64,000 nt of DNA. It comes from Deltaproteobacteria bacterium. Lineage in GTDB: Bacteria; Myxococcota; Kuafuiibacteriia; Kuafuiibacteriales; Kuafuiibacteriaceae. Shown here piece after piece: positions 29,382 through 41,200 of the stretch. The stretch's first letter is position 1; each line of letters starts with the position of its first letter. Both the position numbers and the translations under genes were made by a program. The stretch covers positions 64,001 to 128,000 of the forward strand of contig JAVJQW010000067.1 of the NCBI GenBank assembly GCA_040218735.1. The letters run 5' to 3'. The notes beneath the pieces were generated by a model. That model did not search any database and had not been told where the DNA came from. It worked only from the letters and a program-made list of their open reading frames with translations.

Positions 29382-31280
29382 ATGAACTTCACGCGAGCGC
29401 TCAGCGCCCTCTCTCTTTCGACTCTCCTCATCACTGGGTGCGGCGGCACCAACGGTGAAAACGGTGCTCAGGGCCCGGCGGGTCCGGCCGGCCAAGCGGG
29501 CCCCGCGGGACCGCAAGGCCCCTCGGGCATGGACGGTATGGATGGCATGGACGCGGAGGTCCCGCGCGCGGGTGTCTTCCGCCTCACGATCCTCCACAAC
29601 AACGACGGTGAGTCCGACCTCATCAACGCCGGCGGTGACCTCTCGGAGTACGGCGGCGTCGCTCGCTTCAAGGCCGTCGTCGATCGCGCTCGCGCCGAGG
29701 CGGACGAAGACAGTGACGGCTCGATCCTCGTGTCCTCCGGCGACAACTTCCTCGCCGGCCCCGAGTTCCGCGCCAGCCAAAACGACCGAACCTTCTACGA
29801 CGCGACCGCGCTCGAAGCGCTCGGCTACGACGCCATCTGCCTCGGCAACCACGACTTCGACTTCGGCCCCGACCTCCTGGCGGAGTTCATCGCGCAGTTC
29901 TCCGAGGTGCAGTACCTCTCGAGCAACCTCGACTTCTCCGCCGAGCCCGCGCTCGCCGCGCACGTGACGAACGGCCGAATCGCCGCGAGCGTCACCGCGA
30001 CCGTCGGCGGAGAGCTGATCGGCATCATCGGCGCCACCACCGAGGCGCTGCGCAGCATCTCCAGCCCGCGCAACGTCGTCATCGGCAGCGTCGTCGATGC
30101 GGTGCAGGCGGAGGTCGACACGCTCGAAGCGGCCGGCATCAACAAGATCATCCTCATCAGCCACCTGCAGTCGCTGACCGAGGACGTCGCGCTCGCGCCG
30201 CAGCTCTCGGGCGTCGATGTCATGGTCGCCGGCGGCGGCGACGAGCTCCTCGCGCAGCCCTACAACCCGCTCATCCCCGGCTCGACCGAGGTCGGCCCCT
30301 ACCCGACCATCGCGCGCGGCGCGGACGGGCGCTCGACGTACGTCGTCACCACCGAGGGCGGCTATCGCTACCTCGGCCGCCTGATCGTCGACTTCGACGA
30401 GGACGGGCACATCGTCGAGGTCGACCGCAGCAGCGGACCGATCCGGGTCTCGGGCAACGCCGACGACGACGACGCCGTCACGCCGGACGCGGGGCTCGTG
30501 ACGAGCGTCGTGGAACCGGTCGAGATGTTCCTCGATTCCCTCGATTCGAACGTCGTCGCGACGAGTGAGGTCGGCCTCGACGGCCGCCGCCCCGAGATTC
30601 GCATCGAAGAGACCAACCTCGGCAACCTCGTCGGCGACGCGTTCCTCTGGGAGGCCCAGCGCGTCGCGGCGGACTTCGGCGTCGACGCACCGCAGGTCGC
30701 GCTCGCGAACGGCGGCGGCATCCGCAACGCCAACGTCATCCCGGCCGGCAACATCACCGAGCTCGACACCTTCGACATCCTGCCCTTCGGCAACTTCCTC
30801 TCCGTCGTCGAGGACGTCCCGGTCTCGCAGTTCGTCGAGATCCTCGAGAACTGCGTGTCCGGCATCGAGAGCGTGAGCGGCCGCTTCGCGCAGATCGGCG
30901 GGTTCGAGTTCTCCTACGATCTCGCCGGCACGCCGCAGGTCGTCGACGACGACGGCAACGTGCTCACCGTGGGCTCTCGCATCGTCGACGTCACGCTCGT
31001 CGACGGCGCAGGCACGCGCACGAGCCTGGTCACGAACGGCGTCATCGTCGACACCAACGCGACGGTCGACATCGCGACCTCCGCGTTCCTGGTGCGCGGC
31101 GGCGACCAGTATCCGTTCCGCGGCGCGCAGCGCGTGGAGCTCAACACCCTCGGCGTGACCGACCAGCAGACGCTGCTCGACTACATCACGGCGGAGACGA
31201 TGGACGGCGGCCTAGGCGGCACGATCTCGATGACGGACTACCCCGAGGGTGGCACCGGCCGCATCGTCGAGCTCCCCTGA
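29382..31280 (+). CDS. Lipoprotein bifunctional metallophosphatase/5'-nucleotidase with collagen-like stalk
   Basis: Lipobox ITGC; (Gly-X-Y)x12; LHNND, SGDNF, GNHDFD, NGGGIR, LPFGN and GGDQY motifs. Confidence 0.9.
   Translation: MNFTRALSALSLSTLLITGCGGTNGENGAQGPAGPAGQAGPAGPQGPSGMDGMDGMDAEVPRAGVFRLTILHNNDGESDLINAGGDLSEYGGVARFKAVVDRARAEADEDSDGSILVSSGDNFLAGPEFRASQNDRTFYDATALEALGYDAICLGNHDFDFGPDLLAEFIAQFSEVQYLSSNLDFSAEPALAAHVTNGRIAASVTATVGGELIGIIGATTEALRSISSPRNVVIGSVVDAVQAEVDTLEAAGINKIILISHLQSLTEDVALAPQLSGVDVMVAGGGDELLAQPYNPLIPGSTEVGPYPTIARGADGRSTYVVTTEGGYRYLGRLIVDFDEDGHIVEVDRSSGPIRVSGNADDDDAVTPDAGLVTSVVEPVEMFLDSLDSNVVATSEVGLDGRRPEIRIEETNLGNLVGDAFLWEAQRVAADFGVDAPQVALANGGGIRNANVIPAGNITELDTFDILPFGNFLSVVEDVPVSQFVEILENCVSGIESVSGRFAQIGGFEFSYDLAGTPQVVDDDGNVLTVGSRIVDVTLVDGAGTRTSLVTNGVIVDTNATVDIATSAFLVRGGDQYPFRGAQRVELNTLGVTDQQTLLDYITAETMDGGLGGTISMTDYPEGGTGRIVELP
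29445..29552 (+). repeat. Collagen-like Gly-X-Y x12
   Basis: GTNGENGAQGPAGPAGQAGPAGPQGPSGMDGMDGMD. Confidence 0.85.
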
Positions 31281-31350
31281 TGTTGCGCCTCGTCCACACC
31301 GGCGAGCCGCGGATATCACTCGTCGCCGATGTCTCCGATCTTACGTCGCG

Positions 31351-32901
31351 ATGCGACGCGCGATCGGGATCGGCGGCCTCCTCCTCGCCCTGGGTTGTGT
31401 CCCAGACGGTGTGGTGGATGGCTCGCCGGCGTTGGACCTCGCCGTCGAGGACGGGGACACGACGTTACCGCCCGCGACGACCCACGGGCCCGACGCGGTC
31501 GCCATTCCGCCGGAGCTGATCCCCGTCCCCCTCGCCTTCGACGGCGTCGATGCACGCGCGCCGCTCGCGGTCTTCCTGAACCGCAGCGGCGGCACCTTCC
31601 AAAGCGGCGGCAACGACTCCAGCACCAACGCCTCGTTCATCGTCCAGGGCGGCGCCCGCACCGTGCCGGCGTACAGCGGCTCTTCCGCGCAGTGGACGCA
31701 GATCGTCGACTGCGTGCGCGGACGCTTCGCCGGGTTCAACGTCGCGGTGACCACGACCGAGCCCGCGGAGGGTGCGTACGTCGAGGTCGTCGTCGGCGGG
31801 GAGCCGAGTGACATCGGCTACGACGAAAACGCCTCGGGCGTCGCGCCCGTCGACAGCGAGACGTGTGTGGTGCTGCGCTCCTCCGTCGCGTTTGTCTTCG
31901 CGGACAAGATCGGCAGCCACCGCACGGAGCGCATCTGCGAGAGCATCGCGCACGAAGTCGGCCACACGGCCTCCCTCGACCACGCCTTCCTGTGCGAGGA
32001 CCCGATGAGCTACCTGTTCGGCTGCGGCGCGAAGACTTTCCAGGACACCGACGCCGCGTGCGGCGAGTCCGAAGAACGCGCGTGCTCGTGCGGGCGCGCC
32101 TCGCAGAACAGCGTCGAGATCCTCCACCTCAAGCTCGACTCCGACGTCCCGCTCGCGCAGCTGCGTCCGACGCAGCTCACGGTCGAGACGCCGTCGGTGC
32201 GTCCCGGTGAATCGGCGCGCGTCCGGTACGCGCGAAGCAACGACGCCGAGGACGACGCGGGACGCTTCGCGGACGGCTACTTCCTCACCGCGGACCGAAC
32301 GATCTCGCAGAGCGACGACCGCCTCCTGCGGCGCGCCGGCCGCCCCGCCCTCCCCGCGAACACGGAGCGCGGGCCGTACACGGTGACGCTCGACATCCCG
32401 GAGGACGTCGCGCCAGGGGCGTACTGGATCGCGTACTGGGTCGACTACCAAAACGCCGTCGAGGAGTCGGTCGAGGACGACAACATCCTCATCGCTCGCA
32501 TCACCATCGCGCCGCCCTGCGACGGCGACTGCGAAGACGGCGAGGTGAACCTCCGCCCGTCGCTCCTGGAGGCACCGACGCCGACCGTGGACGCCGGCGC
32601 GAGCATCTCGGTGCGCTACGAGCGCAGCAACGACGGCACCGCCGGCTCGCCGCGCTTCGCGGACGGCTACTACCTGTCGACCAACAGCTACATCAGCACG
32701 GCGGATCGCCTGCTCGTCTCGTCCCGGCGCGGCGAGCTCGCCGCGGGCGCGACGGCGGGACCGTTTCGACGGTCGCTCACCATCCCCGCGGACGTCACGC
32801 CGGGGACGTACTGGATCGGCTATTGGGTGGATCACGAACGCGAAGTCGAGGAGACGAGCGAGAGCGACAACCGCCGCGCGGTGCAGATCACGGTCCGATG
32901 A
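31351..32901 (+). CDS. Lipoprotein zinc metallopeptidase with two CARDB-like domains
   Basis: Lipobox LALGC; HEVGHTASLDH followed by Met-turn 'DPMSY'; two 'PG.YWI.YWVD....VEE..E.DN' repeats. Confidence 0.8.
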   Translation: MRRAIGIGGLLLALGCVPDGVVDGSPALDLAVEDGDTTLPPATTHGPDAVAIPPELIPVPLAFDGVDARAPLAVFLNRSGGTFQSGGNDSSTNASFIVQGGARTVPAYSGSSAQWTQIVDCVRGRFAGFNVAVTTTEPAEGAYVEVVVGGEPSDIGYDENASGVAPVDSETCVVLRSSVAFVFADKIGSHRTERICESIAHEVGHTASLDHAFLCEDPMSYLFGCGAKTFQDTDAACGESEERACSCGRASQNSVEILHLKLDSDVPLAQLRPTQLTVETPSVRPGESARVRYARSNDAEDDAGRFADGYFLTADRTISQSDDRLLRRAGRPALPANTERGPYTVTLDIPEDVAPGAYWIAYWVDYQNAVEESVEDDNILIARITIAPPCDGDCEDGEVNLRPSLLEAPTPTVDAGASISVRYERSNDGTAGSPRFADGYYLSTNSYISTADRLLVSSRRGELAAGATAGPFRRSLTIPADVTPGTYWIGYWVDHEREVEETSESDNRRAVQITVR

Positions 32902-33000
32902 CCCAGCCCGTCGCCGAGCGCGACATACGGCCCAGCCGACCGTGCGACGGGTGATGATCCGAGTGAATCGCGTCGGACCACGAGAGCGTCCAATAGGGGC

Positions 33001-33465
33001 GTGCCGACCGCCCCCCGACGTACCCGCTCGACGATCGTGAAGCGCCTGTCCCGGCTGCTGCAGCACGGGACCGACGAGAAGTACACGTTCCTCCCGCACC
33101 ACCGCGCACCGGCGCTGGCGTGGATCGACGAGGCGGCGCAGGGCGACGACGCGATCGTCGCGGTAGGGGGCGTGCTGAAGTTGATTCGTGTGCTCCGGGT
33201 GCGGCACGCGTCTCCGAGCGCGGCCGACTGGCTGAGCGACCTCGTGAAGGCGTCGCGAGCTGCGCTGCGCATCGTCACGTTGCACTGGTCGAGCGGCAAA
33301 CGCGCACGACTCGGTGCAGACCTGTTGCCGGTGAAGACCGGCCGAGCCCCACGCTACGGCGCCGCCCCGGCGGCGGGCACCGTGCGGGCGGGGTCCTTTC
33401 TCGAGCCCGGGCGCGACCTGAGGAGCGCCCATATCCAAAAACGAATCATGAGGAGGAAGTCATGA
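33001..33465 (+). CDS. Hypothetical protein, translationally coupled to the downstream gene
   Basis: 154-aa ORF filling the gap; ATGA overlap with the next gene. Confidence 0.6.
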   Translation: MPTAPRRTRSTIVKRLSRLLQHGTDEKYTFLPHHRAPALAWIDEAAQGDDAIVAVGGVLKLIRVLRVRHASPSAADWLSDLVKASRAALRIVTLHWSSGKRARLGADLLPVKTGRAPRYGAAPAAGTVRAGSFLEPGRDLRSAHIQKRIMRRKS

Positions 33466-34580
33466 GTGAAGTAGGCGGCGCAGGAAGCGCGAGTGGAACC
33501 AGTGGACCCGACAGCACCGGAGGGGTCGGCGACGACAGTGGCGTGAGCGAAGCCGAAGCGTCCGGCGTCGCGGCGGACGCGGAAGCGGCCAGCGACGACG
33601 ACGCTGCGACGGTCGGCGAGTCCATCGCCGCGGAGGCGAGCACCGACACGTTCGAGGGCGCCGCGTCGACGGACGACGACGCGGTCGACGCCGCGGCCGA
33701 CGAAGACGCAGTGGAGGCGGCGGCGGAAGAGGACGCGGTGGACGACGGCACGACGGCGGAGGCGACCATCGAGGCCGCCGCCGCGGACGTGGACGCGCCC
33801 GCCGAAGAGGCTGTCGAGGAGGAACCGGTCGAGGAGCCCGGGTTGTTGGAGGCGGCGGCGTCCTACGTCGGGCAGACCGCCAAGGGTTACGTGACGGGCG
33901 CGGCGAACACCGTGCTCGACGCCGCCAACCTCGTGAACAGCGGCGTCAACCTCGGCCTCGAAGCGGTCGGTGTGGACTACCGCTTCGACACGGACATGGG
34001 CATCGCGCCGACCTCGGAGGCGGAGCGTCACGCGCAGAACGCCGTGACCGTGGCGAGCGCCGTGGCGGGGGTCGCGGGGCTCGCGAAGAGCGCTCCCGCG
34101 ATCGCACGCGGCGTCGACGCGGGGATCGACGCCGCGCGCGGGGTCGTGACCGGAACGCGCGCCAAACCCACGGGCCCCGCGGCACCCGCAGCAACGGCCA
34201 CCGGCACCACGACGGCGGTCGCCAACGTGGGGGACCTCCGCCCGAGCGAAGTGGCGAAGATTCAAGCGGCGGCCGACGAGCTGGGCGCGGATCTCTACGT
34301 CGTCGGGAGCGCGGCGAAGAGCGCGCGTCGCAACGTCGATACGGATCTCCCGCTCGCCGACTTCGGTGCGCCGAAGGCCGGGACACGGAGTGACATCGAC
34401 TACGCGGTGCGCACGGATCTCGACGACGCGGCCAACGCGCTCGACCTCCCGGACGTGGACCCGAGCTTCGGCGTCCGCGGTGTCGACTACCTCACGTTGG
34501 ACAACTCACCGGCGATTCGGTTCAGCCCCGGTCGGCCCCCCGAGCTCATCGAGGGGACCGGCCGAATGACGCTGGACTGA
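33462..34580 (+). CDS. Acidic low-complexity protein with C-terminal nucleotidyltransferase-like (GS...DxD) domain; putative effector/toxin
   Basis: AGGAGG RBS; D/E/A-rich N-terminus; Gly/Ala helices; 'LYVVGSAA...RSDIDY'. Confidence 0.7.
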   Translation: MSEVGGAGSASGTSGPDSTGGVGDDSGVSEAEASGVAADAEAASDDDAATVGESIAAEASTDTFEGAASTDDDAVDAAADEDAVEAAAEEDAVDDGTTAEATIEAAAADVDAPAEEAVEEEPVEEPGLLEAAASYVGQTAKGYVTGAANTVLDAANLVNSGVNLGLEAVGVDYRFDTDMGIAPTSEAERHAQNAVTVASAVAGVAGLAKSAPAIARGVDAGIDAARGVVTGTRAKPTGPAAPAATATGTTTAVANVGDLRPSEVAKIQAAADELGADLYVVGSAAKSARRNVDTDLPLADFGAPKAGTRSDIDYAVRTDLDDAANALDLPDVDPSFGVRGVDYLTLDNSPAIRFSPGRPPELIEGTGRMTLD

Positions 34581-34596
34581 CGGGGTCGGGGGGCGC

Positions 34597-35160
34597 CTAG
34601 CGGATCATGTTCTGCTCGGCGATGACCTGCGAGCAGCGTTTGCCGCCGAGGATCGAGCGCTGGAGCGTCTCGAACTTCGGGAAGCGCGCGTACGACATCA
34701 GCTTGTCGTAACAAGGCGTCCCCTCGATCTTCGCGCTGGCGCCCATCACCTCGGCGAAGTGGATGCGCTTCATGACGGCGTCGTCGCGCGCGCGGAGGAT
34801 CAGCTCGATGCCGCCGGCTTTCGACGCCTGCACGCGCGCGATCGGCGCGGTGTGGGTGTCGCCCTTGTCGCACTGCACGATGACCTCGTCGATCTTCACC
34901 TGCACCTTGGTCGGCGGGCGCGCGCACCACGCCTCGGGGACCATGGTGTCGTCGTCGAGGCGGGTGATCTCACCGTCCGGGTACCAACGACCGATGAGGT
35001 TGTTGATCAGACCCTTCTCGTCGGTGTTCGGGGGGAGCTTCGTGTAGTCCGGCACCGAAGCATCGAGCACCACGGTCTCGACCTTCGTCTCCCCCGGGCA
35101 GCCCACGAGGGCCGCCGACAAGACGAGCGACGCGAGCGCCGCAGGCCTGGTCACCTTCAT
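34597..35160 (-). CDS. Putative lipoprotein
   Basis: MKVTRPAALASLVLSAALVG-C lipobox; four further Cys. Confidence 0.75.
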   Translation of the reverse strand: MKVTRPAALASLVLSAALVGCPGETKVETVVLDASVPDYTKLPPNTDEKGLINNLIGRWYPDGEITRLDDDTMVPEAWCARPPTKVQVKIDEVIVQCDKGDTHTAPIARVQASKAGGIELILRARDDAVMKRIHFAEVMGASAKIEGTPCYDKLMSYARFPKFETLQRSILGGKRCSQVIAEQNMIR

Positions 35161-35233
35161 CGGCCGAGGGTGTATCACGCGCTCGGGTCTCACGAAAGCG
35201 CCCGACCACCGAGGTCTTCGCCGTAGAGCCCGC

Positions 35234-38200
35234 CTAGTCCGTCGTAGAACCCGAGGTGCCCTCGACTTCGGATTGCACCGTCGGATCGTCGACCGCCGAA
35301 GGCCGCGCAGGCGTGGTCTCGAACAGGCGCCCCCGGAACAAGGGATCCAACTCGTGGAACGCATCCGGGTCGAGCCCGAGCCGTTCGAGGGCCCGCCGCA
35401 GCAGCCCGCGGTACTGATTCGCCATGGAGGTGCTCGCGTCGATCCACGACTGCGGCCAGCCGCGATGACGACCGATCATCGCCGTCCACTCGTGCGCGCG
35501 CACCTCCTCCGCGTAGTTCTCCGCGGGTCCGAGGAGCTGACGTGCGTAACCGCGGACGTGGTCGCGGTAGAGGTGGTAGAGCTCGTGGAAGGCTTCGAGC
35601 TCGGACGGCCGCGGCGTCCCCTCCGGCGTCAGCACCGTCCCCGGGCGCCCGACCTCGGGCGCGCGATCGTAGGCGGCCGTCGCCCCGGGCGGGAGCTCCC
35701 CGGGGCGAGCCTGCCGCACGCCGCCACCGAGTGCTTCGATCGTGGCCTGCATCCGCGCCCACAACGCTGCGTCCATCGGCTCGAGCTCGCGCGCCCGCGA
35801 GTGGTGCCTCGGGTCGAGCTGCCACCCGTCGTAGTCCGCGCTGCCCGGCATTCTCGACTGTTCGGCGAGCAGCCCCAGGACGTACCTCGGCGCCGACAGT
35901 CGCATCTCCTCGAGGTGCAGACGCCATCCCTCGTAGTTGATCGCCGGGACGTCCGCCCCGCCAGGGAGGTTCGGCGTCTCGGAGGCTCGCCCTTGGATCA
36001 CCCACGCCCTGGCCTGCGGGTGGATGTACATCGTCCGCCGCAGCCCGCGGAAATAGTCACGATCGCCGTGGCTGAAGTCCTGTTCCGTGGACCCCGGGTT
36101 GTCGATGCCGTCCACGCCGCTCGGCGGGTGGATGTGGGCGTCGATCACGAGGCGCCCTTCGATTCCGCTGGCGAGCAGACGCTGGTACGCGATCACGCGC
36201 GCGTTCGCCTGGTCGGGATCGACGCGGAACCGTGCGCTCCGGTGCTCGATGTCCGCCCGCGTGACGTCCCGCGGGATGCTGACGTCCGGGTCCGTGAAGA
36301 TGGCCACCAACGATCCCGTTCCGCGCGCGTGCGCCGGGACGAGGCGAGCGTCGAGGCCATGCGCCTGGTACACCGAGATCGCGGCGGCGGCGTCGACGGG
36401 GTTCTTGAACTGCACGATCTGCCCCGAGACCTCCCCGAGGAACGTGGCGTCACTCGAAGCGTCCGGTACGCCGTCGACCCGTCGCCCCCCCGCGGCCCGC
36501 CCGCGAAGCTCGGCGATCATGTAGTCCCGGAACGCGTCCGGCACGAAGTTCAGATCCAGCGGCGGCAACATCAGGGGCTCGGTCGGACGCATCGCCGGGT
36601 CGGGTCGCAACCGCGGTTCGACGGCGAGGCCCCAGTCACGGAGCATCTGGTCGAGGCTCCGCAGATCGACGCGCGTCGTCGCCGATCCCACGTCGCTCCC
36701 GCACCCCGGCGCATCGTCGGCGCCGCGCGGGGTCCGAATCATTCGGCGCCGTGAGCCGACGCTCGGAGCTCGACCCGCCCGCGAGATGAACCTCGTGGCG
36801 CGTCGGATCCCTGCGTCGATCGGGAGGAGCTCCGCGACGAGCTCGAGCAGACGATCGATGGCCGCGGAGCGTGTGTCGGCGTCGCCGGACAGCAGGTCCG
36901 GCAGCAGATCGAGCGCGTAGCTCCCGGCCGGCAAGATGAACGCGAGTCGCTCCGCGGTCGTGAGCGCCCGGAAGGTGACCTCGCCGATGCGCTCTGCGCG
37001 ACCCACCGCACGCCCTGCCGCGAGCACGCGCTTCAGCCGCTGCGCCGTGATCCCCCCCGCACGCGCCGCCGCGAGGACCTTGAGCTGCGCGACGGCGCCG
37101 GCACCGAACCCCTCGACGTACGACTCTCCGGCGATCACCGCGACGGCGGACGTATCGTAGAGTAACCCTGTCACGACATCTCCGCGGCTGTACGCCTCGC
37201 CGCCGTCGCTGAAGAAGGTTGCCGGGAGGTTGGCGAGGCCCATGACGGTCGCCGCCATGTTCGCGACCTCCAGCTCGGTGTAGCTCGTCTTCACCGGCGT
37301 CCGCGACTGCAGCAACCCATCGAGCTCCGGGTCGCCGCTGGCGGACTTCGCGATGCGGTCGACCATCTCGTGGTAGCGCGCGGTGACGGCGGCGACGAAG
37401 AAGTCGTACTGCTCCGCGGTGAGGCGCTCACGCACCGAACGCAGCGCGTCGAGCCTCTCTTCGTCGGTCGAGAGGCCGTGGCCGAGCCAGTCCCAGATCT
37501 GCCCCTGCCGCGTGGTGTAGACGCTGTGAGCGCGCGCGAAGCCGCGTTCGTTCTCGCCGATCCAGCCCTTGTACATCGAGACGGCGTAGACCACGTCGAG
37601 CGGGACGCCGTAGCCGACCAGGTCTTGTAAGAACCCTTCGATCGAGTAGAGCGCGGTCTGCAGCGGCGAGAAGACGTAGGAGGCGCCCGTCCCGATGTAC
37701 CCCATCGTCTCCATCCAGCGTGTCTTGAACTCCTCCCAGTACGACGGCGTGGACGGGACCGATTCGATCGGCACGCCGTCGACGCGCCAACCGACGAGGC
37801 CCCAGTCCTCGCCGTGCCCCGTGGTGACGAACTGGTCGCCGTGACTGATCGCCGTCGTGACCTGCTCGAAGCCCGCGTCGAAGTGCCACCGCGAGATGCT
37901 GTCCTGACCCATCGCGAAGACCTTCACCCCGCCCTCGTTCGACGGCTGGAACACGTAGTTCTTGGTGCTGACGCTCGTGTTGGCGTCGCCCCGCGTCTCG
38001 ACGTCGATGTGCAGACGGCCGTCGCGGATGCGCATCGAACGCACGCGGTACTCGACCCCGTCGACCTTCACCCACGCGCCACCGCCCTTCAGCGCGTTGG
38101 CGAATGGACGGTTGAGCTTCGCCATCTCGGCGACGGTCCGCTCGAAGACACGGGCGACGTCGGGGTCGAGGTATTCGGGGTCGACGTCGAGCTCGAGATC

Positions 38201-41200
38201 CGTCGCGAGGACCTTCGGGTCGAACACGAGCTCCCCGCGCTCGCCGTCGGGCCACACGTAGCGTGCCTCCGACTTGCCGGCGACGAGGTCGACACGCGTC
38301 GTCCCCTCGAAGAAGCCGGTCATGACGAACTCGCGCTCCCCGTTCAGCTCGACGACCTTCCCGATGCCGATGCGATCGAAGTCGCCGGGGATGACCGCGA
38401 TCTGCTCGTCCTCCGCGAGGAGCCTCGTCGCGTCGCCGATGCGCACCCGCTTTTCTCCGTCCTCGCTGCGCTCCACCTGCACCCGTCGCTGGCCGTCGAG
38501 ATCGACCCAGCTATCCACGCGCGGCACGCCGTCGGCGCCCTTGTCGACGATGACGATGCGATCGTCGCGCACGTGCGCGACCTGACTGGCTTCGAGGACG
38601 CGTTCGAACGTGCCCGCGCGGACCTCGAAGCGCCCCTCCTCGTCGATGTGCACCGTCGTCGTCAGGTCGCCAGCGACCTCGCGTGCGTACGCCCCGTTGG
38701 CGTAGGTCGTCTCGGTGACCCCTTGGCCGTTCTTCTCGCGGATCGTCCCGTCGGACTCGACGACGTTCTCGCGACCGTCGCGCTCGAACCGAACCACCCA
38801 GTGGTAGGGGCTGTTCTGAACGATCTGAACGTTCTTCACGCCTTGCGCACGGAGCAGCTCCACGAAGTCCTCGGGCCGGCTCGGCAGGCCCACCGCGAGA
38901 CCGGGCACCACCGCCACGGCCCGGTTCACGAGCGTGTCCATCCTCGACTCGAGCCACTCGACGGTCTTCGTCAGCTCGATACGCTCCTTGGCGGGCAGCG
39001 TCGGATCCCGCAGCGCCTCCTCCGCCGCCTCGCGCTCACCACGGAGCCGCTCCACCTCGGGCCGCAATCGCGCAGGGTCGAAGTCCTCGCCGCGGGGGAG
39101 CGCCTGGGCCCCGTCGTCGTCGCGCAGCAGCGCTCGGGCGGCGTCCACCTCGGCACCGAGGCGAACGAGGGCCTCGAAGGCCGCCTTGTCCTTCGGGTCC
39201 ACGTCGAGCCTCGCCTTCGCGTCTTCGACCTGGTCCACGAGCTGGTCGACGTGGACCGCGGCGTCGGATGCTTCCGCGATCTGCTTGCCGTCCAATACGG
39301 CGAGCCGACGCTCCACGGCCTCCAAGCGCTTCAACTTTGCGCGGTACACCACCTCGTCACCGAGGGGGTTGTCGATCAGACCGAGGTGTCGCGGATTGCG
39401 GGGGTCACCGAACAGCTCGAGCTCCAGCGCGAATCGCTCACGTCGGAGCGCGAGGCGCTCACGCGCCAGGTCCAGGTCGGCACCGGCGTACCACCCCGGC
39501 GGGAACCCGAAGCCGTTGGCCTTCACGTCGTCGTACCGCAGATCGTCGAGCGCGGTGCGGGTCTCCTCCTCCCCGAGTCTGCGCACGGGGACACCCGGTC
39601 CACCGGCGACGGGGAACGCCACGGGCCGCGGCGACGGAACGTCGAGGTTCACGGCAGCGGGCGCGGCGGCGCCTGGGGGCTTGCCCAACGCGAAGTTGAA
39701 CTGCGTGACACGCTCCGTGACGAGCTCGCCGAGGCGAATCGCAAACGCGTTGAAGCGCAGCTTCTCGAACTCCTGGACCGTACCGACGAGCGATCGGTTC
39801 TCGCGCCCGAGCGCATCGAGCTCGGCGCCGAGCTCGGTGAGCGCCATCTCGAGGTCGACGATCTCCGCGCGTAGTTGTCGTGCTTCGTCCGCCGCGCCGG
39901 GCTGGTTGGCGATCTGCCGGAGCCGCCGCTGACGATCCTCGATGCCGCGCGAGTAACCGCGTGCCTCGCGGCTCCCGCGCTCCATGCGATCCCCGTTGCG
40001 TCGGAGGGTGTCGCGCGCCTTCTCCGCCGTCGCCTTTCCGTCCTTCAGCGGCTTGGCGAGGTCGATGATCATGTCGTTCTTCGTCGCGATCGCGCTCGCG
40101 TTGGGCTGGCCGAGCTTGGCCTCCGCGTCCTCCAGGCTCGACAAGGCGATGTCCAAAGCCTCTCCGCGCTCCGCGAGGTCCTGGTCGCTCATCTGGGTCC
40201 AGTAGTCGAAGCCCTTGCCACCGACGGCCTCCGTCGCGGCGCCCAGCGCACCCGACGCCGCCTGCACGACGTTGCCGAGCCGATTCACCTCCGCCTCCAG
40301 CTGACGAATCTCGGCCTGCTGCGCCGGCGTCGGGTTCGGTTGTCCGCGGAGCCCGTCCAGGCGGGCCTTGGCGTCCTCGAAGGCCTGCGCCGACGAAGCC
40401 ATCCGCTTCTGCGCCTCGTGGTGCCGCCGCTCCGCGGGGGTCATCGCCTCGAGCTTCTGCTGCTCGTGTGCGCGACGGCGGTTGGTGAGCGCCGCTTCTT
40501 TCGCGCGGATCGGCGCGGTCTTGGATTCCCAGCGCCCTTTGTCGCCGAGGTCCTGACTGTGTTGCCGGTTGAGGTCGGTCAGGTCCTGCCGAATCTCACG
40601 CTGCGCGTCGACGTCCCCGGAGTCCATCGCATCCTGAAGCTCGTTGCGCAGACGCTGTGACTCCTTCTCGTAGTCCCTCTCGAGGTTCTTGAACTTCTTC
40701 TCGTCCTCCTCGTAGGTGTTGCCTTCGCGATCGTACGCGTCCTTCGCGTCGTCGATGTCGCGCTGCTCCTCGTCGATCGCCTTCGACTCCGCCTGCGCCG
40801 CCCGACGCTTCGGGTCGTTCCTTCGCCGCTTCTGCTCGTCCTCGACGTCCTGCTTCTCTCGTTCGACCTCGTCCTTCGCGTCTTGGACCTCCTCCTCGAG
40901 CGCCTCGAGCTCCTCTTCGTTGCCCTTCACCACGAGCGCTTCGAGCGGGACTTCGGGTGCCTTCGGACGCAGCGGCGCCGCCGCGGGCGCCGGACCTCCG
41001 GGCCCCACGGGCGGCACCACCGGCGGCATGATTGGCGGCATGATCGGCGGGAGCTGCCCGGACACGAGGCCCGGCGTGGCGGCGGCGTAGACGTCCCCGG
41101 TCAGGCGCTGCGTGACGTTCGTCGTCGGCGTGTTCGTCGGCGGCGTGAACGTCGGCGTCTCCGGTTCGGCTTCGAGGGAAGGGGTGACGAGGGAGGAAGA

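Noticed and set aside
34597-35160. Lipoprotein as immunity protein of the giant effector
   Set aside because: Only its position supports this. It is separated by 73 bp, is exported, and shows no immunity-family features I can recognise.
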